A stretch of 64,000 nt of DNA, from assembly GCF_006345805.1 (NCBI RefSeq), contig NC_043001.1:52204001-52268000 (forward strand). The letters run 5' to 3'. This DNA comes from Octopus sinensis. Its lineage: Eukaryota. The notes below the pieces were generated by a model. It worked only from the letters and a program-made list of their open reading frames with translations, was not told the origin of the DNA and made no database searches. Positions within the stretch are counted from its first letter, which is position 1. Each line of letters starts with the position of its first letter. Below are positions 25,190-39,487 of the stretch, piece by piece. The position numbers were made by a program, and so were the translations under genes.

Positions 25190-26120
25190 GGGAAGGAAGA
25201 GTGAAAAAGAGAAAGGCAATCAAAGGAGAAATGGAGGATAGGTTTTTAAATAATAAATCTCTCCATACATCGTATAACCTTAGTAAAAATATCTGGCTGA
25301 TTGTTCCATACGGAAGACAAGTTAAAAATAACCTTCCCTACATATTTCATGAAGGTATCGAAAGCAACTTTCCCAAAAAATCCAGATACCATTCCAGTGT
25401 TACCACCCACCGTATCATCGAATAACAACAACATACTTAAAGGTAAAAGGGTTTCACTTAATAACTGTAACAACATTAATAATAATAACGATAGTCTTTC
25501 CTTAAATAATAGTATCAATAGTAATAAATCTTGTAATTGCGGTCCGAATAATACTTGCGTCGTCAACGGAAATTGCAGAACGCTGGTTACGAAAGCAAAA
25601 TTATTCATGGATCTAAAGAACTCTTTTATATTGGACCTGCTTCAACGGAATTGAAAGTGCGTGTAGCGAATCATCTTTCCACATTTAAATGTATTCATAA
25701 ACGCATTTCTACAGGTCTTAGTAAACTAATTTGTAACCTCAATTTTCTTTAGATTGGAAAATTTTATCAAGATAATTTCCCTATGATAAAGTGAAATTAC
25801 TCTGTCCTCTTTGTACGGACGAAGAACTATTTATACTCTTTTCCAAATACACACTGGTCAACACCTATAAAGAACGTGTTTACAGTGGAAGAAACACACA
25901 TTCAGTAATTTCAAATAATATCTACACTTTATCTGATAGTATCTACAACTTAATCTTTATACTTACTTTCCACACCTATTTTTCCTTCATCTTTTCTTTC
26001 CATCTATCATATTTTTATATTTTTGCTTACACCTCCATTTCTCCTATAATTCTCTTTCTCTCTTCCTTCTGTTCTTCTTTCGCTCTATGACGTCAAATTT
26101 CTTAACAGTAATTTAAAAAT
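25190..26120 (+). mobile_element. degenerate PLE relic (RT thumb and GIY-YIG region) with AT-rich tail
   Basis: IWLIVPYG..VKNNLP...NFPK; SCNC...CVVNGNC; FYIGPASTELKVRVANHLSTF...TGLSK; CPLC..EEL. Confidence 0.7.
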
Positions 26121-26177
26121 TACTAGCGTTCCTTATATAACATTGCTTTTTATATATATACATGCATGTATGTGTGC

Positions 26178-26257
<80 letters not shown>

Positions 26258-26427
26258 ATATATGCATGTGTGTACATGCGTGTATGTGCTTTTTGTTATG
26301 TATACATATGTATATGCATATATATATATATATATACATAAGCATATATATTTATAAATAAATAAATAAATAATTAAACATATATATATATATCCATCAT
26401 ATATTGTAGTTTCTTACAGATACTCAG

Positions 26428-26521
26428 AAAGAATAAGTCCTGGAGTCGAATTGTTTGACTAAAGACTGTGCTCAAGCATGGCCGCAGTGAAATGACTAAA
26501 ACAAGTAAATGAATAAAGAAA
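26428..26521 (+). mobile_element. family-A SINE 3' tail
   Basis: aagaataagtcctgg.gtcga..tgtttgactaaag...gcatggccgcagt.aaatgactaaaacaagtaa. Confidence 0.75.
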
Positions 26522-26767
26522 AATAATTATAGAATTTATCTTTATAATGTATTTATTGACAATTTCATCATTATAACAATATATAATCACGCGCTCATAC
26601 ACATGTTCATGCGTGTATCTATATGTGTATGTGTGTGTGTGTGTGTGTGAATATATGGGTTGCTTTCCCTGACATGGCCATTTCCCCCTCTCCCTAATCC
26701 TTGTCTACCTGTTTACTCCTCTCCCTCTGAAGTTTATGCTAGTGTATATATATCTATATCTGCACGT

Positions 26768-26850
26768 AAGGCGGCGAGCTGGCAGAAACGTAAGCGCACC
26801 GGGTGAAATGCTTAGTGGTATTTCGTCTGTCGTTACGTTCTGAGTTCAAA
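26768..26850 (+). mobile_element. family-B SINE head, truncated
   Basis: ggcggcgagctggcagaaacg...ctgagttcaaat. Confidence 0.8.
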
Positions 26851-27085
26851 TCTGACACCCTCTTTCTCACTCTGCCTCTTTCTCTTTCCCTCCTTCTCAG
26901 GTCATTCTCCTAGTATCTCCTCCTATCTCTGTTTCTTTATTTCGCTCTCTCTCTCACCCTCACATCACCCGTATCCCTCTCAGATCAATCTCCTTGTCTC
27001 TCATCCTAAGTTTTTCCCTCTCTCCTACTCTCTCCCCTCTCTCTCCTACTCTCCCCATCTCTCTCTCTCCGTATCCTCAGTAAAG

Positions 27086-27667
27086 ATGTCACGGAATTGG
27101 ACGAGAAAAGAGCTGGAATTGTTCGTGCGTGGAATTGTTCGCTCGTTTGCCGAAGGTTACCCACCAAACTACATTATTGCAGTGCGACAGAAAATTGATG
27201 ATTTTCCCAGAACCACAGCCCAGATAGAGTTCAAGAAACGTGAATTCCTCCGTTCTTATGCTCTAATTAGACAGCACACAGATACCCTTGACATCATCCT
27301 TGGAGGTGACTGCGCCAAGGATGAGAAAAAGGAAGAACAACTACGGGGACCAACATCCTCTCAAAAGAATAAAGCAAAAGTCACGAGTGAGATGTCTGCA
27401 AATGAGGAAAAGAATGATAATGGCCCGGCCCCCAACAAGTCAGAAGACCAAAGAGGTGTGAGAGGCGAAAGAGGAAAATATGAACAGAAGCCCATCAAAA
27501 CAAAGGCTGTCAAAAGCAAAGAAGAGCGAAGAGTTGAAGAATGGGAAAAAGAAGACACAAAAAAAATGCTGGTACGAATTGGAAAACCCCCCCAACAAAA
27601 GCTACAGGATTTACAAGGGAAAAAAGCAGGAGCTTTTTGCAAATTTCCCCAACAAGGATACTGCTGA
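27086..27667 (+). pseudogene. putative ORF1 of the CR1-type LINE
   Basis: 193-aa non-repetitive ORF upstream of and co-oriented with the APE remnants; Lys/Glu-rich with a terminal Cys motif. Confidence 0.5.
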
Positions 27668-27997
27668 CACGGTGATGATCGTGCAAACTCTCCCTTAGCA
27701 GATTGGAAGCCCTGCCAAAACCGCATGGACCGAAGGCAACACACCCCTCCCCGAGAAGGACAAAAAGAAAGGCACCAAAGAAGAAAAATGGCACACTGTT
27801 TACTACCGAAAAGAAATATGACGATGCAGTGCGTTGCCCAACACACGGCCAGCTTCACCCAGATGTGAAAAGGACAGCGGTTGAACAACTATATGTTTTG
27901 TGCATGGCACAAAAGATTGTCCAGTGGGTAACCTGGCTTCAAAAACAAACCTGGAACTACACCTAGCACCACACAGAGCTACCACTAAGGCCACCAC

Positions 27998-28243
27998 TTT
28001 TACTCTCTTTTAATTTTTTCAGTCATTTGATTGCGGCCATGCTGGAGCACCACCTTTATTCTAGTAAATCACCCCCAGGACTTATTTTTTGTAAGCCTAG
28101 TACTTATTATATCGGTCCCTTTTGCCGAACCTCTATGTTACGGAGACGTAAACAAACCACCATTGGTTCTCAAGCGACGTTGGGTGGGTGTGTGAGTGGG
28201 AAAACAAAGACACATAAACATACACACACATACATATACATAC

Positions 28244-28300
<57 letters not shown>

Positions 28301-28465
28301 TACGACAGGCTTCTTTCAGTTTCTATCTACCAAATCTACTCACAAGGCTTTGGTCGACCAGAGACTATAGTAGAAGACACTTGCCAAAGGTGCCACGCAG
28401 TGAGAATGAACCCAGAGCCGTTTGGCTGGTAAGCAAGCTACTTACCACAAAGCCACTCATGCGCC
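27998..28465 (-). mobile_element. family-A SINE inserted between the CR1 ORF1 and ORF2 regions
   Basis: full-length homology to the other copies; expanded central (TA)n. Confidence 0.88.
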
Positions 28466-30273
28466 TACCAACACATACATCACAAAAATATTTCTTCTCA
28501 ATATAGGAGGGCTGTTGCATGGCAACTCTAAAACAAAAATCTAATTCCCGCGAGACCTTGCGGCATGGAATCAATCTTTACGCATGGCACTTGTAGAAAG
28601 GCATCTTAAACCTGATATAGGGGATGCGGCAATACATATACCGCAGTATGTTGTCATTTGCTCAAATAGAGAGGAGAGGAGTAATGCTTGAGTTGATGTG
28701 TACTTCCGATACGACCTTACACCACACGTCCTGCTGTCATATACAAATTGTACACATAAAACAACTTAATATTGTTATATGTACTACATATCGCCCACCT
28801 GATGCTCCGAGTCATACAGGAAGTTTGAAGATTGCCTAGTAAAGACAGTTCTCACTAAACTGGAAAAACACATCAGTATATTCCTTTTGAGCGGCTTTAA
28901 CTTCCCCAATGTGGGATGGCCTGGGGTCAGATTCTCCCAGGAATGACACATCACCAGCAAGCACAGGCGGAGTTGCTGTTCAACCTTACTAATGCTTCTT
29001 TCATGGAGCAAATTGTGCTAAAACCAACCAGGGCAAATGATATACTGGATCTCTTCACAAATAATATGGACATTATCCATATTGTTAAAGTGACACGGAC
29101 GCTGATCTCAATCACAACATAATTGAGCTGTGTATGTATGGACTAAAAGATCCCGCAGACATACAGCCTATACAAAGCACCCAAAACTCTCCAAACTAAA
29201 TTTTCATAAAGCAAATTGGAAGTTGATTGAGAAAGATCCTGAAGTAAGATTGGCTTAAATTCCTCTCTACAACTAACATTGACATGAAACACAAAATTTC
29301 ATGTCCATAATACAAGCCATATTTGAAAAATCTGTCCAATTGTGCAAGGCCAACTTATACAAAAACAGAATTCCTAGGTAAAGGAAGATTCTTATGAGAC
29401 GATGGAGAAAGATCGCAACCCAACTGAGCAAGCACTCCAAAAGTGGTGAGAAATTTCACCTGGAGGGAGCGCTATTGGAGATTAAGAAGAGTCTGCATCT
29501 GTCTCATGAAAAGGAGAGAGCAGATAAAGAAGCTTGGGTTATAGAAACTATCAAGTGGAACCCTAAAGCTTTCTTTAAGTTTGCCAAAGAAACAACACCA
29601 GTACGCCACAAGACCGGTCCTCTCTTCGCAAAAGATGGCTCCCTCACAGGAAACGCCACGAGGATAAGTGAAATACTGAACGAACAGTTCCCAAAGTGTG
29701 TTTACTACACCTCTGGGACACAGGCAAGTGAAGAAACCAAAATAATTCTTTGCCACTTTAGCGGCAACCAAAGAGGAAAAGACCGAGTACATAAACATTG
29801 AAGGAAATGTAACACTGGCTATATATAAGGTTGACAGAAACTCACCTTCTGCCCTGATGGATTTCCAGCGGGCCTCTCAAATCATGCAAACGAGCCTTTG
29901 TAAAACCAGTACAGCTTCTCTTTCAGAACTTCATTGCAAGTGGTAACCTCACAGACAAACTGAAGGAAGGGATAATATATATATATATATATATATGCAC
30001 ATTCAATTAGAGGCTGAAATAGAGCATTAATATAAATTATCTCCAAAAATCCAACATATTCTTTTACAGCTGTTTCAGTTAAGCCAAAACGATTAAATTT
30101 CAATAATTAAATAATTACATTAGACAAAATATCATGAGAGGGGTAGAAAAGATATACCTGTAAGTTATCAGGTGTTGTGTTTTCGAATCATCTCAGCAGA
30201 TTGAATATGTAATAATGTCTGCTGAGATAATTCGAAAGCACACCTAACAACCTAATAAACACATACACACACA

Positions 30274-30335
<62 letters not shown>

Positions 30336-30392
30336 AATACATACATATATATATATATATATACCTATATATATATACACCTATATATATAT

Positions 30393-30545
30393 ACGACAGG
30401 CCTTTTTCCTTTTCCGTCTACGAAATTCATTTACAAGGCTTTGATCATCCCCAGGCTACAGTAGAAGACACGTCCCAATGTGATACGCAACTGGATTGAA
30501 CTCTAACCATGTGGTTGAGAAGCAAATGTCTTAGCACGTAGCCAT
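30393..30545 (-). mobile_element. family-A SINE 5' half, degenerate
   Basis: acgacaggc..ttccgtctac..acaaggctttg..tagaagacac. Confidence 0.7.
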
Positions 30546-32782
30546 ATATATTATATTTGAATGGGCAGAAATTCAAAGACTCTCATAAACGGTGAGATCA
30601 GTGAATCGACCTTTGAGCCATTGTTACTTCTGACATTTTGAGTTAGACTGTCATGGCCCATTCCTGAGTAGTATCCTTTGTTGAAGGAATGGACTGAACG
30701 TGCAGTGTCTTGATTCATCATGGTGGCGTCGATATATGGGACGTGAATGATGATTACTGAGCAATTGGGCACTTAATTCCGATGGAGATGCTGAACCATG
30801 TAACCTAATTTTGGAGCACATGGTTTGAAATATTACAAGGAACAATGTATGAATGAAAGATGTTCAGGGTAACTGATTTCCGTAAATTGTGTAAGCACTG
30901 CCGAATATTATAGTAAAACATCAAGAAAAAGGCGAATAGAGTATGGAAATTTATAAATAAAGAATGCTGGCAAATTAGGTATTACCTAATATTCACTTCA
31001 AATTCATCTTAAACAACATTCTTAAATTTATCCTTAGTATCAAAGAAGAAAATTAATATAGCCTTGACGTATTCAATAAGTAGTACAATATTGAGTGTTA
31101 TATGCAATTCACATTTATGGAAGCAATAACTCCATGGCAAACGTGTCACATCGATCGCATTTGATGTGTAACTAGATTAAAATTATACTAGCCATCTCAA
31201 TAAGGCTAACCACTAGTGACAGAAGTGACAATATGGCTAACCACCAGTGACAGAAGAGATGGCTAGTATACTTTACGTTGTCGAGCGGTTACTGTTTACA
31301 TCTCGTTCAGAGATTTATTATAAATTAAAATTCGATGCTGGAAAAGATTATTGTGGAAATGGTACACAATTCAATGGTAACTCTTGATCATCTTGACGAA
31401 AGAGAGCACTGTTCAATTGATGCTTCACATTCTAGTGCTGATCAGGCGCTCCCACCGACCACTATAATGTAACAGGATAACAGAAAGTATAGGTATTGCT
31501 TAAACTCATTAAAAACAGGCAACTCTCCTTTCTACACTATGCCCTATACAGTGCACTTTAGCCGCTTCAGAGGAATTTTAAAAAATAAGTACAGTAAAAA
31601 AAAAAAACGCTACCAAGTAATGTAGCTCCAATGAATCCAGAACGAAAGCTTACCAGCATAATCGTTCGCAAGAATGTGGAGCAAATGATTGATATCTTTT
31701 TTTTATATATTGAGGAAGTTAATCAACAATACAAGCTGTTCTTTCTTAATGTAATTTCGTTTAATGCCACTTCAATTTGACGTTGCCGCGAAATACGTAA
31801 ATTAAAACCACACATTGCAAAATATAAATGTGTAAAGTGTATGCCTGTCATACTGAAATTTTGTTTGATTTTATCTCTCATTTCTTTTTTCCGTAACCTG
31901 TCACATTTATCAGTTCAGTAAAATAAAATTAATGGTGAATAAAGGTGTTATCATATAGCTATTTTTGATTTGACTATCGCCACGGAAGATACAATCATTT
32001 TATGTCTACTGACTACTTCAAAGAGGTGTAAGCCCTTCAATGTTCGACAATACTAAAATTATAAAATACACGCCGAAAAGTAAAATAAAGAATGAATTTG
32101 CATTCAACAGATGCAATTTAATACACTTCAAACACTGTCTGCTTGCTCTGTGTTAATCCACTTAAAATTGTTATAAGTAACCCTACCTTGTTCAATGTAG
32201 TCTATGTAGTGTAATGTATTTTTTTTTTTTATAAGCTGTCTTTCTGCTGATGTTTAGGATATGACAGAAAATAAAAGTCATAAATTGGGCCAATGTATGC
32301 AAAGTACAAATGTAAATAAAATAATTGAGTAGTGAATTACTTTAGAGCATGCTATATTAAAGAATTAGTATTTGCCATTCTTTCCTTTTCGCTTTTCATA
32401 TATTCTTGAATTCCTTACCTTTGCAAAGACAGCTAAACGTTTTCTTTGCACTATTGCCTTCTATATGTAGCACTCCCTCTAGAAAATTTGTAAAATTGTA
32501 AACAAATGTTATAAAAAGTGTAAGGGAGTCTTGTGTAAAGCTGAGAGTTGCGTATTGTCGAGCGTTATTACCAGTATCTAGAGTAGAACGATTTGCGAGG
32601 AGATTATTATTATCCCGTTATATCGTATGTCGAACGTGCAATACAACACGAACAAAGTTTTTAATATCCTAAAGTAGTTTATGGTACATATGCCCAATTC
32701 GGTTGCTTGTACAAGAGTACACGAAAACTGATAAGTCTTATGAGTAGGTTAAATATGCATAATTCTGTGATTTATTTACGAG

Positions 32783-32784
<2 letters not shown>

Positions 32785-32851
<67 letters not shown>

Positions 32852-32896
32852 ATATATATATATATGTATGTATGTATATATATATATATACATATG

Positions 32897-32927
<31 letters not shown>

Positions 32928-32934
32928 GTATGCA

Positions 32935-33008
<74 letters not shown>

Positions 33009-33025
33009 GTATGTATATATATATA
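32785..33025. repeat. (TA)n/(TATG)n microsatellite
   Basis: direct reading. Confidence 0.95.
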
Positions 33026-33284
33026 TTGTATCATACCTTGATATTGTGTGGACTAATATCCTCGCTGACAGGTCGTTGATATTTATTTCAAAAAGGACTT
33101 TTTGAAATTGGCTAGTATGTAACGAAGTAAGTTGTCCTTGTATTTATATATATTTATGAGTATTTTTAAATATTAAATAGCGTGAGTTTTTATCTTATAT
33201 CATATCGACGTTTTTTATACCTATTTATGTATCTATTTATGTGTTTATATATTTTTAAATGCCTACGTATTTTTAAATATTTTA

Positions 33285-33690
33285 CTCCAGGGAGTAGAGT
33301 CGTAGCTTTTTCAGTCCCTTCCCCCAGTAGCTCAGCTGTGCCATTGATGCAATCTTCCTTATGTAGCATCGCTGAACTGCCTCAGTTATAAATCCGACAC
33401 TCTAAGGTGACCACAGTTGAGAGTAATAGTCTAAATGGCTGAGAACAAATGTCCTCCATGAGACCAGCATAGATTCCTGGCCCCTTCTTCTAAAGGTTCT
33501 CAGAATCCATCTGGCCATTCGCCAGCACACTCACTGCCTCCATCTACTTGATATGCATGTGGAACGAGGCTTTGTTGCTCATTATCAATCCTAGGATCAT
33601 ACAGCATATGTCGTTCTGGGATTGTCGCTCCTTTAGATCAAAGTATCGTTGCTGTGACTTCTGAATACTAATTAGCTGGTAGCGGAGGGC
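33285..33690 (-). mobile_element. CR1-type LINE fragment (post-RT C-terminal region)
   Basis: minus-strand remnants LRTFRRRGQESMLVSWRTFVLSHLDYYSQLWSP...EAVQRCY.RKIASM..LSYW...LKKLRLYS. Confidence 0.75.
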
Positions 33691-33744
33691 TTGGAATATG
33701 CATACACACACACATACATGTGTGTTTCTGTGTGTGTATATGTA

Positions 33745-34009
<265 letters not shown>

Positions 34010-34598
34010 ATACATATGTACATACATATATATATATATATATTATATATATATATATACAGGAGTAAGCACATACATGCAAAACAAGGTAGAAAAAATA
34101 ATACTCGTAAACCGAAGGTAGAGTAATGCATTTTCTTTCATTAAAGCTGTAAAAACATCACGAAATCCTATTTGTCTGAGGAACAGATTCATGTGATGCC
34201 TTTGTAGTTTTAATAAAAGAATATATGTACGATATATGTATATATGAACATAAATGCATATATGTGTGCGTGTTTCTGTATGTGTGTGTAAGAGTCTGTA
34301 TATATGTATAGTAGAATAGGTCTTGAATATGAATTAGATTATTGTAGATAGAATAGAGAAGAAGGTATAAAAGTCTATTCTCAACTACTTGTCAATTATT
34401 GTGTCGTACGAAATATCAGGTTCAACGCACACGTACAAACAATTTGTATTACAAAACGAATCTAGCGTTCATCCCTTCTGATGCCATTTGCGTTAGTAAT
34501 TTGAGCACACGTTTACACATACTCACGTAGACTTTCACTCCCACCTGTACACACACACACACACACACACACATGTATATATAGATGTGTGTGTGTGG

Positions 34599-34632
<34 letters not shown>

Positions 34633-35077
34633 TTATATATATATGCACAATATATATATATATTTATATATATATGCACACACACATTTGTATATCCACC
34701 TATCCATATATCTGCCTCTCCCTTTGTATGTACATATATACACACACATTTATATACGTACAGTACACACACAAACACACACGTATGCACACATCCTCTG
34801 ACGATGCTTCACTTAATATATGTGTACATATATACGTATAGGTATGTATCAAAATTTGTGTGTATATATATATGTACATGCTTGTATATATATATTGTTT
34901 ACACACAGACACATGCGCGCGCGTGTGCATGTGTGAGTGTGTTTGTGTTTATTTGTATGTGTAACTGTACATATATGTTTGGTCATGAGTATGTGTTTGC
35001 ATATATTTATACGAATTACTGGCTCCCTCCCTTCCTGTGTTTACTTGCGTTTAGGGTGACAATAAAAATGTGATATT

Positions 35078-35946
35078 CGAAGAGGTACCTAAAAGTAAAC
35101 ATAAACCTTCTCTGTGAGACAAGCCGCCAATGGTTTGGGCTACCGCTGCTAGAAGACGCTTAATGCATCCCTAAGGCATCCCCCTACCGACCCTGATAGT
35201 CTGGGAGAGGTCGTACTTCCACATGATTCGTCTTTGTTTTGTAGTACTTCTCCCCTGTTCGTCGATTTTTGTGATGGTCGAAACGAAGAAACAGTGTGCT
35301 TCCGTGAGATTCTGTTTTCTGCATGGGAAAACAGTGGTTGAATCAATAGTCATGCTTCAAACGGCTTGCAAGAACACCGATATGAGTAAAACAAGTTTAC
35401 GAGTGGTTTCCGGACTTTAGGAATGGTCACTTGTCGCTTGAGAACCAATCCCGAATGATGAAAACATCACGAAAATTCATGGACTGATTTTGGAGGACTA
35501 TTCCTGAAAAATTGACGTATTTGTTGATAAGATTGGTGTGTCCTGGAGCTCTTGCCAACAGATTTTGCGTGAGGAATTGCGAATGAAAAGCATTGCAGCA
35601 AAACTTGTGCCTCACTTGCTCACGGAAGACAAAAAGCAGTTACGAATGAATGCGCGTCATGAACTGAAAGAACAGTTGGAAGATGATGCGGACCTTTTAC
35701 CGAAAGTCATCACTGATGACAGAAGCTGGTACTACGGAGTTAGCTAATGTGGAAGAGGTGAAGAAAAAATAACGTAGGCGTTAGAAGGAACCCCTTCGCA
35801 AGATTTCCAGCACTACTTCGAATTGTGGAAAACATGCTTGGACCGATGTATTGCCAGATGGGGAATACTTAGAAGGCGATGAAAACACAAGCATGTAAAA
35901 CAAAGTGAATAAAACAACAATTTTGAAGCTGATGGTTACCCCCTCG
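35078..35946 (+). mobile_element. internally deleted mariner (CGAGGG-type termini)
   Basis: HTH remnants QCASVRFCFLHGKT..E..VML; SWSSCQQIL.EEL.MK.IAAKLVPHLLTE...ITDDRSW; C-terminal W..C.DRCIA..EYLEGD; right end gatggttaccccctcg-TA. Confidence 0.8.
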
Positions 35947-36142
35947 TATTTTGCTAATATATTGAGTCGAACAAGAAGCTTTGAATAGCGATAATATAGG
36001 CTGCAAGCTGCACTGAAACTAATACACTCCCCAATTCTGAAGAAACTCAAACTTCTTTTAAAAAAGGCATCTTTCTCTCTATAGACACACACATGCACCC
36101 CCACACGTGTGTGTGTGTATGTGTATATATATATGATTGATA

Positions 36143-36352
36143 AGTGTCTGTATTTGTGTCTTCGTTTGTCCCCCAACTGACAGGTGTTGGCATGTTTACA
36201 TCCCTGTAACTTAGCGGTTCGGCAAATATATACCGACAAAATAAGTACAGGCTTAAATATAATAAGTACAGAACTCAATTCATTCGACTAAGAGTTCTTG
36301 AAGGCGGTGACCCAGCATGGCCACAGTCGAGTGACTAAAACATATAAAAGAT
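36143..36352 (+). mobile_element. family-A SINE 3' half
   Basis: tttgtccccc...catgtttacatccctgtaacttagcggttcggcaaa...cagcatggccacagtc.agtgactaaaac. Confidence 0.75.
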
Positions 36353-37924
36353 ACACACACACACACACACTTGGTGTGACCCAAATTTTGGTATTCCCTA
36401 AATTAATCTATTTCTAGATTTTATTTAACCATTAAACTATACATGAATACCTACTTCCGGTTTTGAGAATCTTTATATTTAGCTATTTGTATATTGAACT
36501 ATTTAATTTTTAATAATAAATTTTAATTTAACTTCTTGAATTGACCCATATTTAAGCCCTTATTTTCATTTCATTACCATATTTTTATTTCCTTTACTTC
36601 CTATCTTTGTATGTATTTATTTATGCTAAATGCCATATCCCCGTATCTTAGAAACCTAACATATTTACTTCCGGTATTTCATTACACGAACGCTGCATAT
36701 CGGAAATCTTTAAATTAAATTTTGTCCAGTATCTCTTTATTTATATTAGTCTAGCTCAATAATAAATTTTTAAGGGATAAAAGCTAATAATTTATAATTC
36801 TTTATTCATTTTTTAAATTTTCTCTCTCTTTTTCACTTTTTTTATCTATTTTGATTTATTTATTTTAATATATTCATTTTTATTTATAATTTTCATGTAC
36901 CCTAACATTGAGTAAATGTTCTTTTAACCATTTCGATTTTTTGATAAGTAATTTTAGCCTGAATGTCTTCCACCTTAACTATACATTAGTAACTGTACAC
37001 ATTTGAATTAAACTCTACATACTAAATTTACATTGATTTAATAGTAATCGATATAATAGCACAGTATGACATTTTTTTAAACCAATTACATCTACTTGAG
37101 CTTTATTATACTTAATACCCCAGCTGAACATATTGTTTTACAACCCTATTATACACAATCTTACTTCCCTGCTAAGGGCTCTACTTGTATTCTAGGTTCT
37201 TGATCTATATTTTTATTAGTTAACAGTGTGCACCCGTTTACACAATAGGAGGAAATTAAATACCTATTTTTGTATACCTTTATCTACCTCTGAAGAGATT
37301 CGAATTTCAAATGATTTTAAATTTAATTAATTAAATTTACTGATAGCCTGACTTGAAACATCTGTGAGAGATGTTTGTCAATTTTTTAATTAATAATGAT
37401 TTATTAATTACCTTTCTATCCTCCCATCTTAATATTATCATAAATGACATATATATATATATATATAAACCACGGTTTATATTGTTACTTTGCAGTGGAG
37501 TATTAAATATAATGTTCAATACTCAGGGTATAGGTAATTAATCAGTACTTTCACAGGATTTCGCTATCCCTGAATGAGATTTGTAGCCTTTAATTGTGCT
37601 ATCTATCTATCTATATAGAAATATGATTATTTTAAAATATCTTAAAGAGAAACATTCAGTAACAGTATTTTAAAGAAAAAGCTATATGCCAACATAATGT
37701 GGATGTCCTGAAAAGGACGATGTTACTGTTGTTTTGCCCCAAGAAACATCGTTTCTAGCTGGGTATATGACATACTATCTGTGTCATATTTTCGAACAGG
37801 GAACTCAGCACTCCCGCACAGATACTGTGTCCATACAGCTGGATGTGATGTTTACTGGGGCTAAATAGCAGTAGCATTCGTCCTTATCAGTACTGCCACG
37901 TTATGTTGGCAAATCATATTATAT

Positions 37925-37996
<72 letters not shown>

Positions 37997-38519
37997 TGTG
38001 CTGTGTGTGTGCGTGTGTTAAAGTGTTAATACGATTGTGTAAACAGTGAATTATTTTCATTGTTTCACTTGGACACAATTGAGACTTTTGAAATTTTGAT
38101 TTGACATGATAATCTTCTCTCAGTTCTTTATTCGAGTTTTGAAAATGTGTCAAAGGGATAAGAACAAGACTTCTCAGCATTTACGATAAAAAAACTACTT
38201 CAACGCCAATTCCAATTTTCTCTTTTATTGATTGCTTTAATTTTCCTATATTTTGTATACACAACCTACATACACAAAGATTTCTATATGCGAATACATC
38301 AATTTACCCATCCACCAAGACTTCTATTTATATATACATATATAAAATAATACATGCCACATGCCAGAGGTTACACACGTACGCATACACATATTTATAC
38401 ATACTCACACTTGAGCATATCACATATAGACAACTCAATGATTTAAGACTCCCACACGTCAGTGTATCGGCAGAATTTATGGATGGCAATGTTTTCTGAA
38501 AAGTTGCATCGTCTAACTA

Positions 38520-38912
<393 letters not shown>

Positions 38913-39487
38913 GAGAGAGAGCATTGACTTTTCGCAAAATTGAATCATTCTCGGGTCTGAAAGTACTTTTCAAATTCTATGCGCATTTGTACTGTTATGA
39001 ACACGTAAAACTTAATTAGTAGCCAAGCCGACTATTAGTCACACTAATAGTGACAAGTAATTTAGCTTAGAATAAATGTTCTATTTATAACATGCTTCTT
39101 CCTGTTAATGACTTTACGATCTCTTTAGTCATGTTAACTAGAGGATAAAACAAATTTTCTTTCTCTCCTTTTTTTCTATGCAGTGTGCAACAACTTGTTA
39201 TTTTGTTTGGACATAAAACGGATGAACACAAATCTCTTTCGATTGGAGATAAAATATTTTTTATATTCTTGTGCTGCTAATATTTTCCTGAAACTCTAAT
39301 TCGAAGCCTAAAAGTTGGCAATATCAAGTACAGCGCTAAAAATAAATGCAGACTGATATTATGATATTTCTTTTGTATAGACTTGATAATTCATTAATTT
39401 TCTGCAGTCTAACAGGATGTGGAATTAACTGTCTAGAAAAGAATGAAATTTTGGGTTACGAATATTTAAAAAAAATTCCTCCAGATA

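Larger units (their letters stand above)
26851..29945 (+). mobile_element. CR1-type LINE relic (CT-rich 5' region, putative ORF1, ORF2 APE and linker, truncated before RT), interrupted by a family-A SINE
   Basis: APE remnants IVICTTYRPPD, GFNFPNVGW, EQIVLKPTRANDILDL; linker NPKAFFKFAK...GPL...EILNEQF; SAPDGFP near the 3' break. ORF 27086-27667 ends in CKF..QGYC, a CCCH-like remnant. Confidence 0.75.

Noticed and set aside
26078-26125. ctatgac-gtcaaatt...aatttaaa possible hammerhead remnant at a PLE tail
   Set aside because: Both catalytic cores are broken; only its position is suggestive.
31383-31447. Box C/D snoRNA-like layout (TTGACGA ... CTGA with a terminal stem)
   Set aside because: Box C is non-canonical and I could not identify an rRNA-complementary guide.
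37290-37380. CTGAAGA ... GAAA-catct-gtgag-agatg-TT with an internal 20-bp palindrome
   Set aside because: Stem III is good but stem I cannot be formed; an AT-rich palindrome is likely by chance.
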